Source of the DNA: Mucisphaera calidilacus
GTDB taxonomy: Bacteria > Planctomycetota > Phycisphaerae > Phycisphaerales > Phycisphaeraceae
Reading direction: 5' to 3'
Length of the DNA: 32,000 nucleotides
Assembly (NCBI RefSeq): GCF_007748075.1
Contig: NZ_CP036280.1
Span: forward strand, 30,001-62,000
Part shown: positions 24,928 to 32,000 of the stretch, piece after piece
Layout: each line of letters starts with the position of its first letter
Position numbering within the stretch: the stretch's first letter is position 1
Notes under the pieces: generated by a model
What the model was told of the DNA's origin: nothing
Database searches by the model: none
What the model saw: only the letters and a program-made list of their open reading frames with translations
Position numbers and translations under genes: made by a program

Positions 24928-26460
24928 TCACTTCCTCCGCTTCCTCTGCTTGAACTTCTTCTTGACGCTCTCGCTCCTGGTCGATCCCTTCCGCTTGGGC
25001 ATCCCGGGCATCCCCCCCATGCTCGCCATCGCCGCGTCAGGCGACATCCCCGCCATCGACTTCGCCTTGCTCAGCATCCCCATCCCGCTCATCGCCTTGC
25101 CCATCTGACTCACCATCTCGAAGCCCTTGACCAGCTGGCTCACGTCCTCCGCCTGCGTCCCCGAACCTCGCGAGATCCGACGCCGACGCGAGTTATCCAG
25201 CGCCGCACGGCCCTTGCGCTCCTCGCGGTTCATCGACTGGATGATCGCCTCGGTCCGGTCGATCTGCTTCTCCTCGATCGGCAGGTCCTTGATCGCCTGA
25301 CCCACGCCCGGCAGCATCCCCAGCAGCGACTTGAACGACCCCATCCGACGGATCGCTCGCAGCTGACCCAGAAAGTCATCCATCGTCATCTGGCCCTTGG
25401 CCATCTTCTCCTGCAGGGCCAGCGCCTCCTCCTCGGAGACCTGCTCCTGCGCCTTCTCCACCAGCGAGACCACGTCGCCCATCCCAAGGATCCGGCCCGC
25501 CACCCGCGTCGGGTGAAACGCCTCCAACGCGTCGAGCTTCTCGCCCACCCCCACGAACTTGATCGGCCGACCCGTCACCTGACGCACCGACAACGCGGCG
25601 CCGCCACGCGTGTCCGAGTCGTACTTCGTCAGCACGACGCCATCGATCTCCAGCTGCTCGTCGAACGCCTTCGCCGAGTTCACCGCGTCCTGACCCGTCA
25701 TCGCGTCGATCACCAGCAGGATCTGATGAGGCGTCACCGCACCCGCCACCTGACGCAGCTCGCCCATCAGCTCGGCGTTCACGTGCAGACGACCCGCCGT
25801 GTCCAGAATCAGGATGTCCACCTCGTCACGCTTCGCCCGCGCCAGCGCGTTCTTGCACACCGTCACCGCGGCCCCCACCGCCTTGCCATACTCCGCCACC
25901 TTCTCAGGCTCCGCGTAGCACGCCACCGATCCCGCGCCCTCGACGTCGTTCTGAACCTGATCAGCCAGAACCCGCAGCTGCGTCACCGCCGCCGGTCGCT
26001 GCAGGTCCGCCGCCGCCAGCAGCACCTTCTTCCCACGCTTCTTGTAATACGCCGCCAGCTTGCCGCACGTCGTCGTCTTGCCCGATCCCTGCAGGCCCGA
26101 CATCATCACCACCGTCGGCCCCGGGACCACCTCCATGATCGGAGGCGGCGCCTGACTCGGGTCCACCGCCTCCTCGCCCGCCTCCAACGCCTCGTCACCG
26201 CCCAGCAGACGCACCAGCTCGTCGTTGACGATCTTGATCATCTGCTCGCCGGGCTTGACCGCTTTGAGCACCGCCTCGCCCAACGCCTCCTGCTGGACAC
26301 GCTCGCAGAACGACGCCACCACGTCGTAGTGCACGTCCGCCTCCAGCAACGCCGTCCGCACGTCCTCCATCGCCTCACGCACGTTGGCCTCGGACAGATG
26401 ACTCTCCCCCGACAACCGACGCAGCGCCGACTCAAAACGTTCTGAAAGCTGACCAAACAC
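24928..26460 (-). CDS. ffh: Signal recognition particle protein Ffh
   Basis: GTG start at 26460 with GGAGG (26474-26470) upstream. N domain MFGQLSERFESALRRL. G domain GLQGSGKTTTCGKLA, DTAGRLH, TKYDSDTRGGAALS. Met-rich M domain and a Lys/Arg tail. Confidence 0.95.
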   Translation of the reverse strand: MFGQLSERFESALRRLSGESHLSEANVREAMEDVRTALLEADVHYDVVASFCERVQQEALGEAVLKAVKPGEQMIKIVNDELVRLLGGDEALEAGEEAVDPSQAPPPIMEVVPGPTVVMMSGLQGSGKTTTCGKLAAYYKKRGKKVLLAAADLQRPAAVTQLRVLADQVQNDVEGAGSVACYAEPEKVAEYGKAVGAAVTVCKNALARAKRDEVDILILDTAGRLHVNAELMGELRQVAGAVTPHQILLVIDAMTGQDAVNSAKAFDEQLEIDGVVLTKYDSDTRGGAALSVRQVTGRPIKFVGVGEKLDALEAFHPTRVAGRILGMGDVVSLVEKAQEQVSEEEALALQEKMAKGQMTMDDFLGQLRAIRRMGSFKSLLGMLPGVGQAIKDLPIEEKQIDRTEAIIQSMNREERKGRAALDNSRRRRISRGSGTQAEDVSQLVKGFEMVSQMGKAMSGMGMLSKAKSMAGMSPDAAMASMGGMPGMPKRKGSTRSESVKKKFKQRKRRK

Positions 26461-26552
26461 CCAGCGGTACCTCCAAAATCATGCGAAACAACGATTCTAC
26501 CCCACACCACGCACACCCACACACGCGCGACACCCCCGTACCGCTCCGAAAA

Positions 26553-26828
26553 TCAGCCGTGACCGTTCTTGAACCCCGGATCGATCTCAGGGTCCTCCTC
26601 GTCGTCATCCTCATCACCCGCCGCCACACGCTTGCCAGCCTCCCGCCACGCATCCTCGTGCGACGTCAGCGGGCGACTCGTCATCCCACGCATCAGGTCC
26701 CGTCGCCACGCACCGAAAAGCCCCGTCACCACGTACATCAGCGGCGCCAGGATCGCCCCCACCATCAGCACGTACATCGCCGTGCTCAGGTACAACTCGA
26801 TCCGCTCAACCGATTGCTGCCAGCTCAT
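26553..26828 (-). CDS. Small single-pass membrane protein with acidic C-terminal tail, unknown function
   Basis: Its ATG (26828-26826) overlaps the TGA of the upstream PTPS gene (ATGA). One TM helix AMYVLMVGAILAPLMYVVTGLFGAW. Tail GDEDDDEEDPEIDPG. The opposite-strand frame is a poly-Ser artefact. Confidence 0.5.
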   Translation of the reverse strand: MSWQQSVERIELYLSTAMYVLMVGAILAPLMYVVTGLFGAWRRDLMRGMTSRPLTSHEDAWREAGKRVAAGDEDDDEEDPEIDPGFKNGHG

Positions 26829-27670
26829 CCCCCAAGATTAACCGCACCCGCCGGCCCGCGGTACCGGCACGACGTCTTGCCCGTCTCCCAAACCCGCACC
26901 TCGTCCAGACGCACACCCGCCCCCAACGCCTCCACCCGACCCTCCAGCAACCCCCACACCACCTGCGCGATGTGCTCCACCGACGGGTTTAACGACTCAA
27001 ACGCCTGAACGTCCACGTTCAGGTGCTTGTGATCCAACGCCTCAATGACCCACCGGTCCACCCACGCGTCCAACGCCTCGGCCATCGGCAGACGCGCATC
27101 ACCCCCAGCGTCACAAGCCACCGTGACGTCCAGCCGGTAGTTGTGCCCGTGACCGGCAGGGTTCGCGCACTTGCCGAACAGCTCCGCGTTCTCCGCGTCA
27201 CTCCGATCCCTCAGAAACAGCCGGTGCGCCGCCGAAAACTCAAACGTCTGCGTCATCAACACCATCAGAACATCCTCCGCATCGCGAACCGCCCGAACCC
27301 GCAGCCCGGGCGTCAACCCGAGCTCCACCCACCGAACCCCCACGCCGATCTCCGGACCCACCGCCTCCAGCAACCCCGCCACCACCGCGTCCACCGCCAC
27401 CGGCTCCCCCGATCCGATCGCACTATTCATCACCGTCATCCCGCGATCACGCACCACACGGTCGATCAGCTTGATGTCCACCAGATACCCGGTCTCCGCG
27501 TCCGGCTCGCCCACGTAACCCACCGTCACCTCGTAGTAACGCCCCAGCCCCCGCATCGCCGGCCACGCGCTGTACGCGTTCGAGACCGCCGTCTCCGCCG
27601 ACGACAGCCGCCCACGGTCCTCCACCGGATCGTTCACACACAGACGCACCGTTCGGGTCAGCTCAACCAC
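26825..27670 (-). CDS. 6-pyruvoyl-tetrahydropterin synthase / QueD family protein, tandem two-domain form
   Basis: GTG start at 27670. The C-terminal half has the full PTPS signature (FEFSAAHRL, GKCANPAGHGHNY, LDHKHLN, VWET). The N-terminal ~135 aa has PTPS-like strand patterns (YYEVTVGYVGEPDAETGYLVDIKLID) but lacks the His triad. Confidence 0.75.
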   Translation of the reverse strand: MVELTRTVRLCVNDPVEDRGRLSSAETAVSNAYSAWPAMRGLGRYYEVTVGYVGEPDAETGYLVDIKLIDRVVRDRGMTVMNSAIGSGEPVAVDAVVAGLLEAVGPEIGVGVRWVELGLTPGLRVRAVRDAEDVLMVLMTQTFEFSAAHRLFLRDRSDAENAELFGKCANPAGHGHNYRLDVTVACDAGGDARLPMAEALDAWVDRWVIEALDHKHLNVDVQAFESLNPSVEHIAQVVWGLLEGRVEALGAGVRLDEVRVWETGKTSCRYRGPAGAVNLGG

Positions 27671-27729
27671 GTCGCTATCCTGACACAGCAGCCGGCACCA
27701 CGCCGGCCGAGCACGATCCTAGGAGCACC

Positions 27730-28749
27730 ATGCCCCATCCCGCCACCAAAACGGCCCTCCTCCTCGCACTCGCCCTCCTCCCGGCCATCCCGGCCTGCGA
27801 CGAAGCCCCCTCAGGCCAGCCCGCCGTCGAAGCCCTCTCCGAGGAGGAAGCCGCTATCGCCATCTCCACCCAGGAACAACGCCTGATGGAGGCGATCAGC
27901 CGCAAAGAACCCCTCCCCGAACCACTCCTCAAAGACATCCACCAGCTCGTCGAACGTCTCCCCGAACACCCCTTCGCCCAGTCTCTCCTCGCCCGCACCT
28001 ACCTCGCCCAGGGGCGGGGACAGGACGCCCTTGCAGCCGCCCGCCGATCCCTCGATCTCGCCCCCGAACAGACCCAGCTCCGGCTCCTCGCCGGCACCAT
28101 CGCCCTCGACGTCCACCACAACGCCGAAGCCCTCGAATACCTCGAGGCCGTCGCCCAGGACCTCGCCGACGACCCCAAGGCACAACTGCTCCTCGGCACC
28201 GCTCGGCTGCGAAACGACCAGCCCGAATCCGCCGACCGGGCCTTCACCCGCGCCATCCGACTCGACCCCACCGCCCACCGCGGCCATGGCGGACGATCCG
28301 CCGTCGCCCTCCGCAACGACGACCTCCCCGCCGCACTCCGACACCTCCGCCTCGCCATGGAACGCACCGACGACCTCGACGAACCCGACGTCTGGCGCGC
28401 CTACACCGTCCGCAAGGCACGCATCCTCCGGCAACTCGGACGACCCGCCGACGCCATCACCGAACTCCAGAAACTCCCCATCAACGACCAGGTCCAAACC
28501 GACGCCACCACCGAGTACGCCAACGCCCTCCACGCCCTCGGCCGAACCGCCGATGCCGCCACCTACTTCGAACAACTCACCCTCGTCCTCCCCGAAAACC
28601 CCGTCATCCACGCCCAGGCCGCCCGCTGGAACCACCGCGCCAACAACCCCGACAAAGCCGCCGAGTACCTCCGCAACGCGCTGAGCATCAATCCCCAACA
28701 CCCCCTCGTCCGCGAAGTCCAACAGGAAATCCAAACCACCCCCCAGTAA
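27730..28749 (+). CDS. TPR-repeat lipoprotein
   Basis: ATG 27730 with AGGAG at 27721-27725. Signal peptide and lipobox MPHPATKTALLLALALLPAIPAC. Repeated ~34-aa helical units with A/L/Y/N-P patterns (for example AEYLRNALSINPQHP). Confidence 0.75.
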   Translation: MPHPATKTALLLALALLPAIPACDEAPSGQPAVEALSEEEAAIAISTQEQRLMEAISRKEPLPEPLLKDIHQLVERLPEHPFAQSLLARTYLAQGRGQDALAAARRSLDLAPEQTQLRLLAGTIALDVHHNAEALEYLEAVAQDLADDPKAQLLLGTARLRNDQPESADRAFTRAIRLDPTAHRGHGGRSAVALRNDDLPAALRHLRLAMERTDDLDEPDVWRAYTVRKARILRQLGRPADAITELQKLPINDQVQTDATTEYANALHALGRTADAATYFEQLTLVLPENPVIHAQAARWNHRANNPDKAAEYLRNALSINPQHPLVREVQQEIQTTPQ

Positions 28750-28786
28750 TCACTCCGGGTGCCACACATCTTCAATGACTCGGTGC

Positions 28787-28824
28787 CACTGACCCTGCGT
28801 AGCTTCAGCGCAGCAGGGTCAGTG
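28787..28824. other. Intergenic hairpin (11-bp stem, 16-nt loop)
   Basis: CACTGACCCTG (28787-28797) pairs perfectly with CAGGGTCAGTG (28814-28824). It lies 38 nt after the TPR stop. No T tract follows on either strand. Confidence 0.5.
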
Positions 28825-28861
28825 CTCACCCACCCTCTCAACCAATCCACCCCCAAACGAG

Positions 28862-28881
28862 CCCGAAGCGCAAGCTTCGGG
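28862..28881 (+). other. Intergenic hairpin with GNRA (GCAA) tetraloop
   Basis: CCCGAAGC (28862-28869), loop GCAA, GCTTCGGG (28874-28881), followed by the pyrimidine tract CCTTCCTTTCTCCTGCCTCC. This may be a weak terminator or an RNA structural element. Confidence 0.45.
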
Positions 28882-28982
28882 ACCATGCCTTCCTTTCTCC
28901 TGCCTCCACGAGCCGCGAGCGGAAGCGACCGGTGCCACAATCACAAACCTTGGGTGGCTGTGGACAGACCCGAGCCGAAGGA

Positions 28983-30476
28983 CTACCCCTTCCCGTCCTC
29001 CAGCTTCCGCAGGATATTCGTCGTGCTCAACCCCTCCCGTAATCCCACCAGCACGATCTCGCCCCCGTATCCATCCACCACCTCGTGACCCACCACCTGG
29101 TCCCGCGTGTAGTCCGCCCCCTTCACCAGAACCTCGGGCCGGATCGCCTCGATCAGGTGCGTCGGCGTGTCGCGGTCAAACACAACCACGTAATCCACGC
29201 TCTCCAACTCACTGAGCACCAGCACGCGATCCGCTTCGCCATTCACCGGCCGACCCTCGCCCTTGAGCCGCGTGATCGACGCGTCGTCGTTCACCGCCAC
29301 CACCAGCAGATCACCCGCCTTCCGCGCCTCACGCAGGTAGGCCACGTGGCCCGCGTGCAGCACGTCAAAACACCCGTTGGTCATCGCCACACGCTTGCCC
29401 ACACGCCGATGCGCACCCAGCTCGGGCAGCAGCGTCTCCAGCGTCCTCGCCTTGCCCAGCGAGGCGTGCCGCTGCTCCAGCGCCGACAGCATCACCTCCT
29501 CCAGGTCGATCGGCACCACGCCGAACCGCTCCACCTCCAGACCCGCCGCGAGATTCGCCAAGGCCACCGACTCCCGCCAGCTGCACCCGTTGCCGCGCGC
29601 CGCCGACAGCATCGCCAGCACCGTGTCGCCCGCACCCGTCACGTCGTAGACCGAACGCGCCACCGTCGGCACCAGCTCGGGCCGCTCCTCGCCCACCATC
29701 AGCAACGCGCCCTGCTTGTCCAGCGTCAGCACCACCGACTCCAGATCAAGCTCCGAACGCAGACGACGCGCCACCTCCGCCAACGCCTCATCCCCGCCGC
29801 CACGCGTCGACAAGCCCGTCGCCTTCTCCGCCTCCGTGCGGTTCGGCGTGATCGTCGTCGCCCCCCGATACTTCCCGTAATCCGAGATCGCCGCCGGGTC
29901 CACGAACACCGGCACGCCACGCTCGCGACACATCGCGATCACGCGCCGGCACACATCCTCCGTCAGCACCCCCTTGTTGTAATCCTCCAGACACAGCACC
30001 GACGCCTCCCCGAGCGACGCGGCCACCGACTCCAGCAGACGCTCCGCCGTACCCCCATCAATCGCCGACTTCACCTCCGTGTCCAGCCGGAACATCTTCT
30101 GCGGGTGCCGGTGCTGCGCCAGGCCGACCAGGCTGTGCTTCACCGTCGTTGGACGCTCCACGCTACGCGTCAACCCCGAACCATCCACGCCCGCCGCCGC
30201 CAACGCCGACACCAACGCGCCCCCCGCCTCGTCCTCGCCGATCACCCCCAACGCCCGCACATCACAACGCATCGCCGCCAGCTGGCGACACACGTTCGAC
30301 GCACCACCCGGCCGAACCTCCTCACGCTCCACCGCCAGCACCGGCACCGGCGCGTCAGGCGACAACCGCTCCGCGTTCCCGTACGTGTAACGGTCCAGCA
30401 TGAAGTCGCCCACCACAACCACACGCACCGACCGCCAGCGGTCCAGACGGTCCAGCAGATCCGCGTCCTGTTTCAT
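28983..30476 (-). CDS. hldE: Bifunctional D-glycero-beta-D-manno-heptose-7-phosphate kinase / heptose-1-phosphate adenylyltransferase
   Basis: N-terminal ribokinase-like domain (VVVGDFMLDRYTYG, DVTGAGDT). C-terminal cytidylyltransferase domain (TNGCFDVLHAGHVAYL). The start overlaps the lpxK stop (ATGA at 30473-30476). Confidence 0.9.
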   Translation of the reverse strand: MKQDADLLDRLDRWRSVRVVVVGDFMLDRYTYGNAERLSPDAPVPVLAVEREEVRPGGASNVCRQLAAMRCDVRALGVIGEDEAGGALVSALAAAGVDGSGLTRSVERPTTVKHSLVGLAQHRHPQKMFRLDTEVKSAIDGGTAERLLESVAASLGEASVLCLEDYNKGVLTEDVCRRVIAMCRERGVPVFVDPAAISDYGKYRGATTITPNRTEAEKATGLSTRGGGDEALAEVARRLRSELDLESVVLTLDKQGALLMVGEERPELVPTVARSVYDVTGAGDTVLAMLSAARGNGCSWRESVALANLAAGLEVERFGVVPIDLEEVMLSALEQRHASLGKARTLETLLPELGAHRRVGKRVAMTNGCFDVLHAGHVAYLREARKAGDLLVVAVNDDASITRLKGEGRPVNGEADRVLVLSELESVDYVVVFDRDTPTHLIEAIRPEVLVKGADYTRDQVVGHEVVDGYGGEIVLVGLREGLSTTNILRKLEDGKG

Positions 30477-31546
30477 GACAACACCCTACCAATCAGCGAC
30501 TCGATCACCTCGCCGCCACGCACCATCCGCGTCGCCAGCACCGGCCGGACCACCGGCAGACCCAGACCCTCAGCACGCTCGCCCAGCTTCACCCAGTCCT
30601 TCTCCGTCGTCAGAACCACCTCCGCGCCGCACGCCCGCGCCTCCGCCGCCATCCGCCCCACATCGCCCGCCCCGTACACGTGGTGATCGTCAAACACCGC
30701 CTCACCCACCACCTCGCTCGCCTCGTGCGCCATCGCCAGAAACGGCCACGGATTCCCGATACCCGCCGCCGCATACACCCGCCGACCCTCCAGCCACGAC
30801 ACCGCCCGCTCACCCTCACCCGTCATCAGCCCCGTCCACACCGACTCCGCCCGCGCCACCGGGATGTCACCCGCCACCTCCGCCACACGACGCTCGATCG
30901 CCACCAGCTCCGGCTCCTTCACACGCCCGCCGCGCGTGATGATCACGCCGTCCGCACGCCGCAAACCCGCCACCGGCTCACGCAGCAGGCCCCGCGGCAA
31001 AAGATGCCCGAACCCAAACGGGTTCGTCGCGTCAATCAGCACCAGGTCCACGTCACGCCTGACCTGCCGCCGCTGAAACCCGTCGTCCAACAAAAACACG
31101 TCCACCTCCGGCCGACGACGCAGCACCCACGCCGCCGATCGCTCGCGGTCCGGGTCCGCCGCCACCGGCACCCCGGGCAACGCCGCGAGATACTCACGCG
31201 CCTCGTCCGAGTCCATCCGACGCGGGCCCCCGTCCAGCCCCGCGTCCTTCTCGCCCCGATACCCCCGCAGCAGCACCGCAGGTCGATGACCCGCCGCAAC
31301 CAGCCAACGCGCCAGCGCCACCACCATAGGCGTCTTGCCCGTCCCGCCCGTCGTGAGATTCCCCACCGACACCACCGGCCGACCCAGATCCGCCACCGAC
31401 CGACGCCCGCCGTCAAACGCCGCGTTCCGACGCCGAACCACCTCACGGTACACCGGCTCCACCACGCCCAGACCCAGACGCATCAGACGCGCGACCGGGT
31501 GATGCGAAGCCCCCGACATCACACGCTCGATCCTTCGGTGCATCAT
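30473..31546 (-). CDS. lpxK: Tetraacyldisaccharide 4'-kinase
   Basis: P-loop VVSVGNLTTGGTGKTPMV and overall LpxK layout. Lies in tracked ORF 30473..31573. I prefer ATG 31546 because it overlaps the maf stop as ATGA, but 31573 remains possible. Confidence 0.85.
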   Translation of the reverse strand: MMHRRIERVMSGASHHPVARLMRLGLGVVEPVYREVVRRRNAAFDGGRRSVADLGRPVVSVGNLTTGGTGKTPMVVALARWLVAAGHRPAVLLRGYRGEKDAGLDGGPRRMDSDEAREYLAALPGVPVAADPDRERSAAWVLRRRPEVDVFLLDDGFQRRQVRRDVDLVLIDATNPFGFGHLLPRGLLREPVAGLRRADGVIITRGGRVKEPELVAIERRVAEVAGDIPVARAESVWTGLMTGEGERAVSWLEGRRVYAAAGIGNPWPFLAMAHEASEVVGEAVFDDHHVYGAGDVGRMAAEARACGAEVVLTTEKDWVKLGERAEGLGLPVVRPVLATRMVRGGEVIESLIGRVLS

Positions 31547-32000
31547 CCGCAACGCTCCCCGACCAGGCCGCACGCCGCCAGCACAGGCAGCAGCCGACGC
31601 ATCGGCAGACCCACCACCGTCCCCGGATCACCCTCCACCTCGATCGCCCAGCCCGCTGCCTGACGGTCAAACAGGTTGTAACCGCCCGCCTTGTCCGACC
31701 ACTGCCCGGAATCCAGATACGCCTCGATCTCACCCTCCGAAACCGCACCCCAGCGAACCATCGACACGTCCGTGAACCCCGCACGCACCCCGCCCCCGGG
31801 CTCCAGCAACGCCACCCCCGTCATCACCCGATGCTCCGCGCCCACAAACCCCCGGAGCATCGCTCCCGCTCGCTCACGCGACACAGGCGTCCCCAGCACC
31901 TCGCCCCCACAACCCACACACAAGGTGTCCGAGGCCAGAATCCAATGATCTGACCCGTGTTCATTCATCGATTCGGCCTTCGCCATCGCCAGCCGCGCCG
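31543..32000 (-). CDS. maf: Maf-like nucleoside triphosphate pyrophosphatase (C-terminal part; N-terminus lies beyond the window end)
   Basis: The frame stays open upstream of the tracked M at 31986 (...ARLA-MAKAE...). Maf motifs ILASDTLCV, HRVMTGVAL, DKAGGYN and GDPGTVVGLP. Confidence 0.8.
   Translation of the reverse strand, partial: ARLAMAKAESMNEHGSDHWILASDTLCVGCGGEVLGTPVSRERAGAMLRGFVGAEHRVMTGVALLEPGGGVRAGFTDVSMVRWGAVSEGEIEAYLDSGQWSDKAGGYNLFDRQAAGWAIEVEGDPGTVVGLPMRRLLPVLAACGLVGERCG

Noticed and set aside
26432-26653. 73-aa minus-strand ORF crossing the ffh leader (Cys/Trp/Gly-rich, VSRVCGCAWCG...)
   Set aside because: Its composition derives from the GT-rich tract. It overlaps the stop of one real gene and the start of another, and it has no motif or good initiation context.
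26569-26841. 90-aa plus-strand ORF with a poly-Ser run
   Set aside because: The Ser run is the antisense reading of the GAC/GAG-rich acidic tail of the minus-strand small membrane protein. That minus-strand ORF has an ATGA coupling to the upstream gene and a credible TM helix.
28758-28938. The three GGTGCCAC copies read on the minus strand as TGGCAC, i.e. possible sigma-54 -24 elements (a sigma-54 activator is in the window)
   Set aside because: None has a GC/TTGC -12 element at the required spacing; the offsets are wrong by 2 nt or the element is absent. They would also fire antisense into the TPR gene. The motif repetition is kept only as a finding.
28563-28940. 125-aa minus-strand ORF with an internal ATG (28886) preceded by the strongly SD-like GGAGGCAGGAGAAAGGAAGG
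   Set aside because: The reading frame runs antisense into the 3' end of the TPR gene and gives a Trp/Arg/Gly-rich product. The purine tract is simply the complement of the pyrimidine tract that follows the GNRA hairpin.

Overview
Very GC-rich (third codon positions are nearly all G/C), tightly packed window that looks like core chromosome. It is probably from a Planctomycetota-like bacterium. That is an inference from a PEP-CTERM sorting tail, a HYExAFE-like protein, LPS/heptose genes, a sigma-54 activator, and the many long Pro/Arg/Gly-rich shadow ORFs typical of high-GC DNA. I can support 27 protein-coding genes, two good intrinsic terminators, one C-tract tandem repeat and two intergenic hairpins. 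I recognised no rRNA, tRNA, CRISPR array, transposase, integrase or prophage signal. Housekeeping genes: a partial GspF/PilC platform protein, a type IIA topoisomerase B/A pair (ParE/ParC-like, no GyrA box), ruvC, ileS, valS, serB (ACT-ACT-PSP form), ffh, and the maf-lpxK-hldE operon. Less ordinary content: (1) a three-gene module of an unknown protein, a kinase ATPase-domain-only protein and a sigma-54 activator (16445-19060); (2) a stand-alone PD-(D/E)xK-like HYExAFE-type protein, divergent from a C4 zinc-ribbon protein that heads a GT39 / Hanks kinase / PfpI / EEP cluster (7864-13370); (3) a G-quadruplex/i-motif-capable C5-GGA repeat upstream of ileS; (4) a strong terminator hairpin only about 35 nt upstream of the topoisomerase B start codon; (5) two large lineage-specific insertions in ValRS; (6) a tandem PTPS/QueD protein translationally coupled to a small membrane protein. 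None of these is a clear-cut novel system from sequence alone. All functional calls rest on motifs I read by eye and need HMM or structure confirmation.
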